The position numbers and the translations under genes were made by a program. Under the pieces are notes generated by a model. It was not told the origin of the DNA, did no database searches, and saw nothing but the letters and a program-made list of their open reading frames with translations. Shown here piece after piece: positions 17,318 through 28,539 of a stretch of DNA of 64,000 nucleotides (position 1 is its first letter; each line of letters opens with the position of its first letter). The stretch comes from an uncultured Actinomycetes bacterium (GTDB lineage Bacteria; Chloroflexota; Dormibacteria; Dormibacterales; Dormibacteraceae), in assembly GCA_964559855.1 (NCBI GenBank), contig CAZLJC010000002.1, positions 3,900 through 67,899 of the forward strand, read 5' to 3'.

Positions 17318-18570
17318 GCCAGGTACTCGAGGTGGTCGAAGAACATCGGGTACGAGATCTCGACGCACTCCGCGCCCTCGATCTCGGTGCGGCCGTCCGC
17401 CACCAGCGCGGCGACCGCCAGCGCCATTGCCACACGATGGTCTCCGCGCGAGTCGACGCGCGCGCCCTCGAGCTCGCGCGGGCCGTTGATCACCCAACCA
17501 TCGTCCTCGACCGCGATGTCCGCGCCCATGGCGCTCAGGCCCTCCTCCATCGCGGCCAGCCGGTCCGACTCCTTGACCCGCAGCTCTTTCGCCCCCCGGA
17601 TCACGCTCGTCCCGGCGGCCTGCGTCGCGGCCACCGCCAGCACCGGCAGCTCGTCGATGAGCTCCGCCGCCGCGCCGCCCTCGACGTGAATCGGGCGCAG
17701 GTCCCGCGCGGGCCGCACCTCCAGGTCCGCCACCGCCTCGCCGCCCTCGAACCGCGGGTTGCGGCGCCGGACCTCGAAGCCGGCGGTGGCCAGGAGATCG
17801 GCGAGCGCGGTGCGGGTGGGATTGACGCCCACCCCGAGCAGGCGGACGTCGGAGGCGTCGACCAGCCCGGCCGCGACCAGCCAGAACGCGGCGGCGCTGA
17901 AGTCGCCCGGGACGGTGAGGTCGAGCGGCTCGAGCCGGGCGGTTCGGCCCACCTCGACGCGCGTGCCCTCCACCTTCACGTCCGCCCCCATCGCGGCCAG
18001 CATCACCTCGGTGTGGTCGCGCGTGCGCACCGCCTCGGTGACCGCGGTCCTCCCCTCGGCGTAGAGCCCGGCGAGCAGAAGCGCCGACTTCACCTGCGCG
18101 CTGGGGACCGGCGGCCGGAAGTCGATGCCGCTCAGGCCGGCGCCGCCGCCCACGCGCAGCGGCGGCCACGAGGCGCGCGCTCCCATCTCGCGCAGCGGGT
18201 CCACCACGCGGTCCATCGGCCGGCGGGAGAGCGACTCGTCCCCGACCAGCTCGGCCTCGAACGGCTGCCCCGCCAGCAGGCCCGCCAGCAGGCGCATGGT
18301 CGTGCCCGAGTTGCCGCAGTCCAGGGGAGCGGGCGCGGGCCGCAGGCCGTCCATCCCGACCCCGGCCACACGCGCCTCCTCCACCTCCACGCCGAGCGCT
18401 CGCAGGCACCCGGCCGTCGACGCCACGTCCGCGCCCGTGGACAGCCCGCCGACGCGACTCGTGCCGGATGCGACGGCGCCCAGGATCAGCGCCCGGTGCG
18501 AGATCGACTTGTCGCCGGGCACGCGCAGCTCGCCCTCGAGCCGGCGCGACGGCCTCACCGTCGCGATCAC
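17314..18570 (-). CDS. aroA: 3-phosphoshikimate 1-carboxyvinyltransferase (EPSP synthase)
   Basis: …LRVPGDKSISHRALILGA…LDCGNSGTTMRLLAG…KESDRLAAM…DHRVAMA…. GTG 18570 overlaps the tyrA stop. Confidence 0.92.
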   Translation of the reverse strand: MIATVRPSRRLEGELRVPGDKSISHRALILGAVASGTSRVGGLSTGADVASTAGCLRALGVEVEEARVAGVGMDGLRPAPAPLDCGNSGTTMRLLAGLLAGQPFEAELVGDESLSRRPMDRVVDPLREMGARASWPPLRVGGGAGLSGIDFRPPVPSAQVKSALLLAGLYAEGRTAVTEAVRTRDHTEVMLAAMGADVKVEGTRVEVGRTARLEPLDLTVPGDFSAAAFWLVAAGLVDASDVRLLGVGVNPTRTALADLLATAGFEVRRRNPRFEGGEAVADLEVRPARDLRPIHVEGGAAAELIDELPVLAVAATQAAGTSVIRGAKELRVKESDRLAAMEEGLSAMGADIAVEDDGWVINGPRELEGARVDSRGDHRVAMALAVAALVADGRTEIEGAECVEISYPMFFDHLEYLA

Positions 18571-19388
18571 CGGTGCTCCCGGCTCCAGCGCTCGCGCACC
18601 AGCCGCGCCTCCTCGAACAGCTCGACCATTCGCGGGTCGTCCGCCTCCAGGTGGCGGCGCAGCCGGGCGATCTCGTGCTCCACGGCGCCCAGCAGCTCGA
18701 GCAGGTTCTCGCGATTGGTCTTCGCCACCCAGGCATACATGTCCGGGTCGCCCGCGGCGAGCCGCGTCATGTCGCGGAAACCGCCCGCCGCCAGGCCCGA
18801 CGCCTGCGGCCAGTCCGCGCGGCGGGCCAGCGCCAGCGTGTACGCCACCGAGAGCAGGAAGGCGGTGTGGCTCACCCCCGCCACCAGCCGGTCGTGCGTG
18901 ATCGCGTCCATCTGCACGGGGCGCGCGCCCACCTCGCGCACGAGGGCCACGACCTGCGGGTCCTCCCGGGTCAGGATCCACGGCGCCCCCTCGAACATGG
19001 CCGGGTCCGCCGCGTCGATGCCGGACTGCTCTCTGCCGCACATCGGGTGGCCGCCCACCAGGTCGATGCCCTCGGCCGCAGCCCACTCCATGACGGACGA
19101 CTTGGTGCTGGCCATGTCGGTCACCGGGCGGCCCTGCGCCACGATGGCGAGCCGGGGGAACAGCGCACGCATCGCGCCGAGCGGGGCGGCGACCACGGTC
19201 ACGTCCGCCAGCGCGGCGGCGCTGACGTCGGTGTTCGCCGTCTCCACGATGCCCCGGTCGAGCGCCTTGCGCACCACGAGCGGGTCGATGTCACCGCCCA
19301 CCACCGTCACGTGGGGCCGCGCCTGCTTCAGGGCGAGTGCGAAGGACGCGCCCATGAGCCCGAGGCCCACCACCGCGACAGTCGGCAT
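18567..19388 (-). CDS. tyrA: prephenate dehydrogenase
   Basis: MPTVAVVGLGLMGASFALALK…DMASTKSSV…VGGHPMCGRE…HDRLVAGVSH…. Confidence 0.88.
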   Translation of the reverse strand: MPTVAVVGLGLMGASFALALKQARPHVTVVGGDIDPLVVRKALDRGIVETANTDVSAAALADVTVVAAPLGAMRALFPRLAIVAQGRPVTDMASTKSSVMEWAAAEGIDLVGGHPMCGREQSGIDAADPAMFEGAPWILTREDPQVVALVREVGARPVQMDAITHDRLVAGVSHTAFLLSVAYTLALARRADWPQASGLAAGGFRDMTRLAAGDPDMYAWVAKTNRENLLELLGAVEHEIARLRRHLEADDPRMVELFEEARLVRERWSREHR

Positions 19389-19396
19389 CGACGGCG

Positions 19397-20413
19397 CTAC
19401 GCGAGCTGCTTCTGCATCGAGCCGAGCAGCCGGCGCAAATCGCGCATGAGCGTGTCGAACGCCGCGAAGTCCAGCGACTGCGCGCCGTCCGACAGCGCCT
19501 GGTTCGGCGTCGGGTGCACCTCGACGATCAGGCCCTGGGCCCCCGCCGCGACCGCCGCCAGAGACATCGGACCCACCAGCGACCACTTGCCGGTCGCCTG
19601 CGACGGGTCGACGACGATGGGGAGGTGCGACAGCTCGCGCACCAGCGGCACCGCGTTGATGTCGAGGGTGAATCTCGTCGCCGTCTCGAAGGTGCGGATG
19701 CCGCGCTCGCACAGGATCACGTTGCGGTTGCCCTGCGACAGGATGTACTCCGCGGCGAGCAGCCACTCCTCGATCGTCGACGACATGCCCCGCTTGAGCA
19801 GGACCGGCTTGCCCGAGCGCCCCGCCTCCTGCAGCAGCGCGTAGTTCTGCATGTTGCGCGTGCCGAGCTGGAGGATATCGGCGTACTTCGCGACCAGCGC
19901 GACGTCGCCAGGGGTCACGACCTCGGTCACGACCTTCAAGCCGGTCTCGTCCCGCGCCTCGGCCATCATGCGCAGCGCGGATTCGCCCAGGCCCTGGAAG
20001 GAGTAGGGCGACGTGCGGGGCTTGAACGCTCCGCCGCGCAGCACCTTCGCGCCCTGCGCCGCGACGTGGCGCGCGGTCTCGAGCAGCATCTCCTCGCCCT
20101 CGACCGAGCACGGGCCGGCCATGACCACGACCTCGTCGGCCCCGATCCTGACGCCGCCCACGTCGACCACCGTGTCCCCGCGCCGGAACTCGCGGCTCGC
20201 GAGCTTGAACGGCTTGGTGATGGGGATGATCTCCTGGATCCCGCCCAGGTGGGAGAACGCGTCCTTGTACGCGTACGCGTTGCCGCCGATGACGCCGACC
20301 AGGGTGCGCTCCTCGCCGCGCGACAGCTCCGCCTTGAGCCCGATCTCCTCGACGCGCTCGACGACCGCGTCGATCTCGGCCTTGGTCGCCTGATGCGACA
20401 TGACGATGATCAC
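19397..20413 (-). CDS. 3-deoxy-7-phosphoheptulonate (DAHP) synthase, type I-beta with an N-terminal ferredoxin-like regulatory domain
   Basis: VIIVMSHQATKAEIDAVVERVEEIG… (regulatory domain), …GPCSVE…LRGGAFKPRTSPYSFQG…KRG…DPSQATG…. GGGAGG lies 6 nt before GTG 20413. Confidence 0.88.
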   Translation of the reverse strand: MIIVMSHQATKAEIDAVVERVEEIGLKAELSRGEERTLVGVIGGNAYAYKDAFSHLGGIQEIIPITKPFKLASREFRRGDTVVDVGGVRIGADEVVVMAGPCSVEGEEMLLETARHVAAQGAKVLRGGAFKPRTSPYSFQGLGESALRMMAEARDETGLKVVTEVVTPGDVALVAKYADILQLGTRNMQNYALLQEAGRSGKPVLLKRGMSSTIEEWLLAAEYILSQGNRNVILCERGIRTFETATRFTLDINAVPLVRELSHLPIVVDPSQATGKWSLVGPMSLAAVAAGAQGLIVEVHPTPNQALSDGAQSLDFAAFDTLMRDLRRLLGSMQKQLA

Positions 20414-20811
20414 GATTGGCCTCCCGCTGTGGTCCGCATCTGCTCCAGGTCCGCCTTGATCGCCTGCGCCCCGCGAAGATACGCGAACCTCATCGCCGCC
20501 TGCGGGCGAGGCGTGTTGTAGAGCAGCAGCACGCGGATGCACATCGACACGCCGCGCGGGTTCGGCTGCATCACCTGGAGGTCGTGGCCGCACATCATCG
20601 GCATGTCGAGCCAGCCCAGGCGGCGCACCGCGTGCGCCGGGAACTCGGCGTTCAGGTCGGGCGTGGTGGTGAAGAACAGCGCCCCCACCTCCTGCGGGTC
20701 CAGGTCGTTGAGCGCGCTCAGCTCCTGCAGGAGCTCGACGGTCGCCTCCGTGATGGCCTCGGGCGTGTTGGCCGCGGCGGTGGTGGCGCCGCGGATCCCT
20801 CTCACCGGCAC
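20410..20811 (-). CDS. aroH: chorismate mutase, AroH type
   Basis: MPVRGIRGATT…, 133 aa, characteristic AroH N-terminus and size. Confidence 0.85.
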   Translation of the reverse strand: MPVRGIRGATTAAANTPEAITEATVELLQELSALNDLDPQEVGALFFTTTPDLNAEFPAHAVRRLGWLDMPMMCGHDLQVMQPNPRGVSMCIRVLLLYNTPRPQAAMRFAYLRGAQAIKADLEQMRTTAGGQS

Positions 20812-21596
20812 GGGCGCGCCCGCCTCACCGGCCCGCCCCCGCGGCCTTCATGAGCTCCCTGGCCAGGGTCGACGGGTCGCGGCCTCGGTCGATCTCGTGC
20901 ACGATCGCGCTGCCCACGACCGCCGCGTCCGCATGCCCCCGCAGCGCCTTCATGTGCTCCGGGCGGGAGATGCCGAAGCCCGCCGCGACCGGCAGCCTGG
21001 TCCGCTCCCTCACCTGGTCGAGCAGCCCGTCCATCCCTTCCGGAAGCTCCTTGCGCGCACCCGTGATACCGGTGACGGTCACGCAGTAGACGAAGCCGCT
21101 GGAGTGGCCGCACACCGTGGCGATCCGGTCGGGCGGCGTGGTGGGGGCGACCATGAAGACCGTGTCCAGCGACGCCGAGCGAAACCAGCCGGTCACGGGC
21201 TCGGCCTCCTCGACGGGCAGGTCGGGCACGATGACGCCGCTCACGCCGGCCTGCGCCGCCTCGGCCGCGAACCTGCGCGGGTCGTACGACAGCACCGGGT
21301 TGACGTAGGTCATCAGCACGACCGGGACGCCTTCCTTCGCCACCTCGGCCGCCACCTCCAGCGCGCCGGCCACGGTCATGCCGGCCTCCAGCGCCGCCTG
21401 CCCGGCCTTCTGGATCACGGGCCCGTCGGCCAGCGGGTCGCTGAAGGGGATGCCGATCTCGATCGCGGCGACGCCGGCCGCCGCCAGCCGCCTGCCCGCC
21501 TCGATCGAGCGCCTGGCATCCGGGTGGCCGGCCATCAGGTACGTCACCAGCTTCAGGCCGCCCTCCGCGCGCAGCGCCGGCTCCAGCCGGCCGGTG

Positions 21597-22768
<1,172 letters not shown>

Positions 22769-22772
<4 letters not shown>

Positions 22773-23377
22773 GCCCTCCCCTCCGCCGCGCGGACCGCGC
22801 GCACGAAGGCCCGCATCCGGCCCGCGTCCTTGTGCCGGACCGAGGCCTCGACTCCGCTCGAAACGTCCACCCCGTAGGGCTCGAACCGGCTCACGACCTC
22901 GCCCACGTTACCCGGTTCGAGACCGCCCGCGATGAACACGCGGCGAGCCGCCAGCAGCGGCCGCGCCAACTCCCAGTCCCACGTCCTCCCGGTGCCGCCG
23001 CGCTGGTCCGCCGACCAGGTGTCGAGCATGATCGGATCCGGCCAGCCGTCCCCGTCCGGCACGCGCCCGTCCCTCACCTTCAGCACCTTCATCACCGGGC
23101 GGCCGGCGGAGAAGCCCGCCGGCTCAGAGCCGTGGAGCTGCAGGAGGTCGAGACCGACGAACTCGGCGATCTGCCTCACCTCGTCGGGGTCCTGGTCGAT
23201 GAAGACGCCGGCGATCGTCGGGCGGGCGTCCAGCCCCTGGACGGCGGCCCTGGCCTCCTCCGGCGTCACGCGCCGCGGCGAGGGGCAGAAGTGGAACCCG
23301 AGCAGGTCGGCGCCGGCCGCGGCCGCGGCCCGGGCGTCCGCGGGCTCGCAGATGCCGCAGATCTTGACCAGCGTCAA
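22769..23377 (-). CDS. trpF: phosphoribosylanthranilate isomerase
   Basis: MTLVKICGI…LLQLHG…GGTGRTWDW…AGGL…. Confidence 0.88.
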
Positions 23378-24153
23378 GCCAAAAGCTCCCTGATCCGGGC
23401 GGCGGGGTCGCCGGCCCGCATCAGCTCCTCGCCCACGAGGATCGCGTCCGCGCCCGCATCACGCATGCGCCGCGAGTCCTCGGGCGAGTGGATGCCGCTC
23501 TCGGCCACCACCAGCACGTCGCCGGGCATGCGCTTGCGCAGCCGCTCGGTCAGCCCGAGGTCGACGGCGAAGTTCCGCAGGTCGCGGTGGTTCACGCCCG
23601 CGATGCGCGCGCCGGCCTCGAGCGCCGCCTCCGTCTCTGCCTCGTCGTGCACCTCGACCAGCGCCGCGACGCCGCGGCTCTTCGCCACGGCCAACAGGTC
23701 CCGCAGCCGCCGCCTCTCCAGCGCGGCGACGATCAGCAGCACGGCGTCCGCGCCGCACGCCCGCGCCTCGGCGATCTCGAACTCGTCGCTGATGAAGTCC
23801 TTGCGCAGGATGGGCAGCCTGGTCGCGGCCCGCGCCTCCCGCACGTGCTCCGGCCGGCCCCCGAATCCCGCCATGTGGGTCAGCACGGAGATCGCCGCGG
23901 CGCCCCCGTCCGCGTAGGCGTGGGCCAGGTCGGCGGGGCGGTAGTCGTCTGACAGGACGCCCATGCTGGGCGTGCGCTGCTTCATCTCGGCGATGACGGC
24001 CAGGCCGTTCGGCCGGCGCAGCGCAGCCGCGAAATCCAGCGGCGTGTACGCCGCGACGGCCGCCTCGAACCGGTCGCCGTCCATCAGGTGGCGCCGCCGC
24101 TGGAGGTCCTGGCGCGCCTCGAGGACCAGCCGATCCAGGAGGTTCTCGCTCAC
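23374..24153 (-). CDS. trpC: indole-3-glycerol phosphate synthase
   Basis: …VIAEMKQRTPS…ISVLT…ILRKDF…VEVH…GVNHRDL…ESGI…. GTG 24153 gives a GTGA overlap with trpD. Confidence 0.9.
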   Translation of the reverse strand: MSENLLDRLVLEARQDLQRRRHLMDGDRFEAAVAAYTPLDFAAALRRPNGLAVIAEMKQRTPSMGVLSDDYRPADLAHAYADGGAAAISVLTHMAGFGGRPEHVREARAATRLPILRKDFISDEFEIAEARACGADAVLLIVAALERRRLRDLLAVAKSRGVAALVEVHDEAETEAALEAGARIAGVNHRDLRNFAVDLGLTERLRKRMPGDVLVVAESGIHSPEDSRRMRDAGADAILVGEELMRAGDPAARIRELLA

Positions 24154-25151
24154 TCCTGTGAGATTCTGGCCCACCGCTCCAGGACGCCCGCGGCCCGCCC
24201 CGTGTCGATCGCCTCCGCGGCGAGCCCGATGCCCTCGCGCCAGTCGCCCGCGATCCCCGCCGCGCGCAGCGCGGCCGCCGAGTTCAGCAGCACGACGTCA
24301 CGCCTCGGCCCGGGCGCGCCGTCGAGGACCTCGCCCGCGATCCGGGCGTTCTCGGCGGGATCTCCGCCGCGCATCGCATCCAGGGGGGCGCGCGGCAGGC
24401 CGAGCTCGGCCGGGTCCAGCTCGTACTCCTTGCGCCCGCCGTCGACCTCGATCACGAAGGAGGGCGAGGCGACCGACAGCTCGTCCATGCCGTCGCCGCC
24501 GTGGAACACTATCGCCCGCTCCACACCGAGGAGGCGCAGCACGCCGGCCATCTTGCGCGCCAGGTGCTCGTCCGCGGTGCCCAGAGCCTGGTAGCGGGCG
24601 CCGGCGGGGTTGCACAGCGGGCCCAGGATGTTGAACACGGTGCGCAGCCCGAGCTCCTTGCGCGGCGCGGAGGCGAAGCGGAACGAGGGATGGAACAGCG
24701 GCGCGAACAGGAAGCCGATGCCGGCCTCCTCGATGCACCGGGCCACGCCTTCCGGCGGCAGGTCGATCCTCACCCCGAGCGCCTCCAGCACGTCGGCCGA
24801 GCCGCACAGCGAAGAGGCGGCACGGTTGCCGTGCTTGGCTACGCGCGCCCCGCACGCGGCGGCCACGATGGCCGAGAGCGTGGAGATGTTGAACGTCCCC
24901 AGGCCGTCGCCGCCGGTGCCGCAGGTGTCGAGCAGCGAATCGCCCGCCTGGATCGGCGTCGCCATGGCCCGCGCGGTGCGCGCGAACCCGCTGAGCTCCT
25001 CGGGCGTCTCGCCCTTGATGCGCAGCGCCACCATGAAGCCGGCGATCTGCGACGGCGTGGCGTCGCCGCGCATGATGATCTCGAACGTCGCCGCCGCCTC
25101 GTCCTCGGTGAGATCCTCGCCCCGGACCAGCCGGGCGATCGACCCGATCAC
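24150..25151 (-). CDS. trpD: anthranilate phosphoribosyltransferase
   Basis: …LDTCGTGGDGLGTFNIST…KHGNRAASS…NILGPLCNP…. Confidence 0.92.
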   Translation of the reverse strand: MIGSIARLVRGEDLTEDEAAATFEIIMRGDATPSQIAGFMVALRIKGETPEELSGFARTARAMATPIQAGDSLLDTCGTGGDGLGTFNISTLSAIVAAACGARVAKHGNRAASSLCGSADVLEALGVRIDLPPEGVARCIEEAGIGFLFAPLFHPSFRFASAPRKELGLRTVFNILGPLCNPAGARYQALGTADEHLARKMAGVLRLLGVERAIVFHGGDGMDELSVASPSFVIEVDGGRKEYELDPAELGLPRAPLDAMRGGDPAENARIAGEVLDGAPGPRRDVVLLNSAAALRAAGIAGDWREGIGLAAEAIDTGRAAGVLERWARISQE

Positions 25152-25735
25152 GCCGGCACCCGCGACGAGCGGCGCACGAAGTTGCCGAGGATCTTGCGCC
25201 CCTCCTTGGTCAGGATGGACTCGGGGTGGAACTGCACGCCGTACGTCGCGTGGCGCGCGTGGCGCAGCCCCATCACCGTGCCGTCGTGCGTCCAGGCGGT
25301 GACGGCGAGCTCGGGCGGGATCGTCGACGGCTTCACCACCAGCGAGTGGTAGCGCGTCGCCTCGAAGGGGTCGCTCAGCCCGGCCAGCACGCCCGAGTTG
25401 TCGTGGTGGATCCAGGACGTCTTTCCGTGCGCCGGCGCGTTGCGCACGACCTCGGCGCCGAACACCTGGCCGATGCACTGGTTGCCGAGGCACACGCCGA
25501 GGATGGCCACCTCGCCGCTGAGCTCGCGGATCGCGTCGTTGGAGATCCCCGCGTCCTCGGGCCGGCCGGGGCCGGGCGAGACCACGATGCCGTCGTATCC
25601 CCGCAGCCCCGCCACGGTCACGGCGTCGTTGCGGAACACGTCGGGCTCTGCGTTCAGCTCGGCGAGGAGCTGGACGAGGTTGTACGTGAACGAGTCGTAG
25701 TTGTCGATCAGGGCGAGGCGCGGCCTTCGTTCCAT
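25148..25735 (-). CDS. trpG: anthranilate synthase component II (glutamine amidotransferase)
   Basis: …IDNYDSFTYNLVQ…GVCLGNQ…YHSL…GVQFHPES…. Confidence 0.92.
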   Translation of the reverse strand: MERRPRLALIDNYDSFTYNLVQLLAELNAEPDVFRNDAVTVAGLRGYDGIVVSPGPGRPEDAGISNDAIRELSGEVAILGVCLGNQCIGQVFGAEVVRNAPAHGKTSWIHHDNSGVLAGLSDPFEATRYHSLVVKPSTIPPELAVTAWTHDGTVMGLRHARHATYGVQFHPESILTKEGRKILGNFVRRSSRVPA

Positions 25736-27144
25736 CACATCGCCTCCGCCATCTCGACGGCTTTGAACATCGCGCTCGCCTTCTCCAGCGTCTCCTCGAA
25801 CTCGCGCTCCGGGACGGAGTCCGCGACCACGCCGCAGCCGGCCTGCACGTGCGCCATCCCGTCGACCGCGACGACAGTGCGCAGCGTGATGGCCATGTCG
25901 AGGTTGCCCCCGAAGCTCAGGTAGCCGAGCGCCCCGGCGTACACGCCGCGCTGGTCCGGCTCGAGCTCCGCGATGATCTCCATCGCGCGGATCTTCGGCG
26001 CGCCCGACACCGTGCCGGCCGGGAAGGCCGCGCGCAGCGCGTCGAGCGAGGAGCGGCCCTCGCGCAGCTCGCCGCTCACCGTCGAGGAGATGTGCATCAC
26101 GTGGGAGTACCGCTCCACCTCCATCAGGCGGTCCACCGTGACCGACCCTGGACGCGCCACCCGGCCGATATCGTTGCGCCCCAGGTCGACGAGCATCACG
26201 TGCTCCGCCCGCTCCTTCAGGTCCGCCAGCAGCTCCTTTTCGAGCCGGAGGTCCTCCGCTGGGTCGGCGCCGCGCCTCCGGGTGCCGGCCAGAGGGCGGG
26301 TCTCCACGCGGCCGCCCTCGACCTGGACCAGCTTCTCGGGCGACGTCCCGACCACGTGCCGGTCGCCGCCCAGGGCCAGGAAGTACATGTAGGGCGAGGG
26401 GTTGATGGCGCGCAGGCAGCGGTACACGTCGAAGGGGTTGGCCGCCAGGGGCTTGGAGAAGCGCTGCGAGGGGACGACCTGGAAGGCGTCGCCGCCCAGG
26501 ATGTGCTCTCGGGCCGCGTCGACCATGGCGAGGAATTGCCCCCGGGTGACGTTCGACTCCCACGGCGCGCCGTCGGGACCGTGGGCGGGGGCGGGCGGCG
26601 GGTCGCCGGCCAGGCGGAGCTCCATCGCGTCCAGGCGCGCGACCGCGGTGTCGTAGTCCTCGCGGTCCGGCCGGTGGATGGTCAGCAGCTTCAGGCGCCG
26701 CGTCACGTGGTCAAACACGGCCAGGTCCTCGGCCCTGAGGAACGCGGCCTGGGGCATCGCCGGCGCCGCGCCCCTGGCCTGCGGAAGCCGCTCGAACTGC
26801 CCCGCCGTCTCGTAGCCCAGGTATCCGACCACGCCTCCGTGGAAGCGCGGGATGCCTTTGACCGGGGCCGTCCGCTCGGCGACCACCGGCTCGAGCGCGG
26901 CCAGCGGGTTGCGGGCGCCGAGGTCCAGCGGCTTGGGGTCGAACCCGATGAAGGAGTACCGCGCCAGGCGCTCGCCCCCCTCGACGCTCTCGAGCAGGAA
27001 GCCCGGCTCGCCGGCCGGGCAGAGCAGCGTGTACGCCCGGACCGGGGTCAGCATATCGGCCAGCACCTCGCGGTAGAGCGGGATCAGCGCGAAGTTCGCG
27101 GCCAGCGCCCGAGCGTCCTCTCGGGTGGGGATGCAGTCTCTCAT
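25735..27144 (-). CDS. trpE: anthranilate synthase component I
   Basis: …LLESVEGGE…SPEKLV…GTR…LKERAEHVMLVDLGRNDIGRV…FPAGTVSGAPK…GALGY…. The start is set at MRDCIPTRED (ATG 27144). Confidence 0.92.
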   Translation of the reverse strand: MRDCIPTREDARALAANFALIPLYREVLADMLTPVRAYTLLCPAGEPGFLLESVEGGERLARYSFIGFDPKPLDLGARNPLAALEPVVAERTAPVKGIPRFHGGVVGYLGYETAGQFERLPQARGAAPAMPQAAFLRAEDLAVFDHVTRRLKLLTIHRPDREDYDTAVARLDAMELRLAGDPPPAPAHGPDGAPWESNVTRGQFLAMVDAAREHILGGDAFQVVPSQRFSKPLAANPFDVYRCLRAINPSPYMYFLALGGDRHVVGTSPEKLVQVEGGRVETRPLAGTRRRGADPAEDLRLEKELLADLKERAEHVMLVDLGRNDIGRVARPGSVTVDRLMEVERYSHVMHISSTVSGELREGRSSLDALRAAFPAGTVSGAPKIRAMEIIAELEPDQRGVYAGALGYLSFGGNLDMAITLRTVVAVDGMAHVQAGCGVVADSVPEREFEETLEKASAMFKAVEMAEAM

Positions 27145-27228
27145 CTCGGTCTGGTTCCTCTCTTCTGGGTCTGCTCTGATCTCTCCGCCCCGCTCCCTCG
27201 GCGTGGCCGGAGCGCACACGTTATCAGA

Positions 27229-27780
27229 TCAAGCTTCTGATTTGGCCCTGGCCTTCATCTCGCGCTTGACCTCGCGCGCGTGCGCCATCGACTCCTCGGA
27301 ATCGACGTCCGCGACCGAGTGCCAGCTCGCCGCGTGCCTCTCCCAGCCCGGCGGCCGCACGTCGAACTTCTTGGCCAGCACGGCCACGAGGATCTTCGAC
27401 TTCATCTCGCCGAAGCCCGGCAGCTTCCGGATCCGCGCCGCGAGCTCGTCGCCCGTCTTCGCGTCCCGCCACACGGCGCCCGCGTCGCCGCCGTAGTCCT
27501 GGACGACCGCCTGCGTCATCGCCTGCACGCGCCGGGCCATGTTGCCGGGGAAGCGGTGGAGCGCCGGCCGCTCGCGGAACACGCGGTCCAGCTCGTCGGG
27601 ATCCAGGCTCGCGATCTGGCGCGCGTCGAGGTGGCCGAGCCTCCGCTTGAGCTCGTAAGGCCCGGCGAACGCCTTCTCCATCTTCACCTGCTGGTCGAGC
27701 ACCATGCCGATCAGCAGCGCGAGCGGGTCCTTCTCCAGGAGCTCGTTCGCAGCGGGATCCGAAGTCCAGACGATGGGCAC
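27229..27780 (-). CDS. HhH-GPD-type base-excision DNA repair family protein
   Basis: 183 aa from GTG 27780: …DPLALLIGMVLDQQVKMEKAF…HRFPGNMARRVQ…LPGFGEMKSKI…. Confidence 0.65.
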   Translation of the reverse strand: MPIVWTSDPAANELLEKDPLALLIGMVLDQQVKMEKAFAGPYELKRRLGHLDARQIASLDPDELDRVFRERPALHRFPGNMARRVQAMTQAVVQDYGGDAGAVWRDAKTGDELAARIRKLPGFGEMKSKILVAVLAKKFDVRPPGWERHAASWHSVADVDSEESMAHAREVKREMKARAKSEA

Positions 27781-27850
27781 GTGGGCTAGCCTAGACCCTC
27801 GCCGCACCGGTCGGCGACCAATCCCACGTTCGGAGGCGTTTCCACTTGCC

Positions 27851-28171
27851 ATGAAGAGACCGCTGCTGCTTGTCACCGGAGCCGCCGTCGCGGGCCTGCT
27901 GATCGCGGGGATCGGCGCATCGGCCCACACGCTAGTGCCCGCCGGGTTCCGGGGAACCCATGCCTCAGCCTCGAACGACGAGGCCAGCGGGGCCCGTACG
28001 GAGAGCCCGGAGGCCGCCGAGTCGCCCGAGCCCTCGCCGAGCCCGGAGCCGGCCGAATCGCCTGAGCCCTCTCCCTCGCCTGAGACGGAGCAGCCGGAAC
28101 CACCCGACATGGAGACCGCCGACACGAACGATGAGGACGGCGGCGGGGACACCGGAGGGTCTGGGGACTAG
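27851..28171 (+). CDS. small exported/membrane-anchored low-complexity protein (Pro/Glu/Ser-rich, acidic Gly-rich tail)
   Basis: MKRPLLLVTGAAVAGLLIAGIGASA, then ESPEPSPSPEPA/ESPEPSPSPETE, then …DEDGGGDTGGSGD. Confidence 0.5.
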   Translation: MKRPLLLVTGAAVAGLLIAGIGASAHTLVPAGFRGTHASASNDEASGARTESPEAAESPEPSPSPEPAESPEPSPSPETEQPEPPDMETADTNDEDGGGDTGGSGD

Positions 28172-28179
28172 CCTGAACA

Positions 28180-28501
28180 GCGCGAATTCCGCGCCTTTTG
28201 GGCCAAACGAGCCAAATCCCGCGCGAATTGCACGCCTTCTGCGCCAAACGAGCCAATCTGGCTCGGATAGCGCGCAACTCGAAAATTGCACGCCTTTTGC
28301 GCCAGGCGAGCGTGATGCCGTGCGAATCGCGCGCAACTCGAAATTGCACGCCTTTTGCGCCAAACGAGCCAATCTGGCTCGGATAGCGCGCAACTCGAAA
28401 ATTGCACGCCTTTTGCGCCAAACGAGCCAAATCCCGCGCGAATTGCACGCCTTCTGCGCCAAACGAGCCAATCCCCTGCGGACCTTGTGAGCCGTTCAGC
28501 C
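28180..28501 (+). repeat. Repeat locus B: six units of the 41-58 bp repeat family plus a terminal module (…CCTGCGGACCTTGTGAGCCGTTCAGCC)
   Basis: Core TT(C/T)TG(C/G)GCCAAACGAGCCAA at ~28196, 28236, 28294 (degenerate), 28352, 28410 and 28450. Units 2 and 4 carry the hairpin CGAGCCA-atc-TGGCTCG. Confidence 0.9.
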
Positions 28502-28539
28502 TCTTCCGGGGCCCGGGGCGAGGCAGGCGTTTACCTCGT

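Noticed and set aside
27145-27228. Tryptophan attenuator, leader peptide or T-box upstream of trpE
   Set aside because: Only 84 nt are available, with no Trp codons or short leader ORF. The single weak hairpin (CGCTCC…GGAGCG) has no U-tract, and the region is too short for a T-box.
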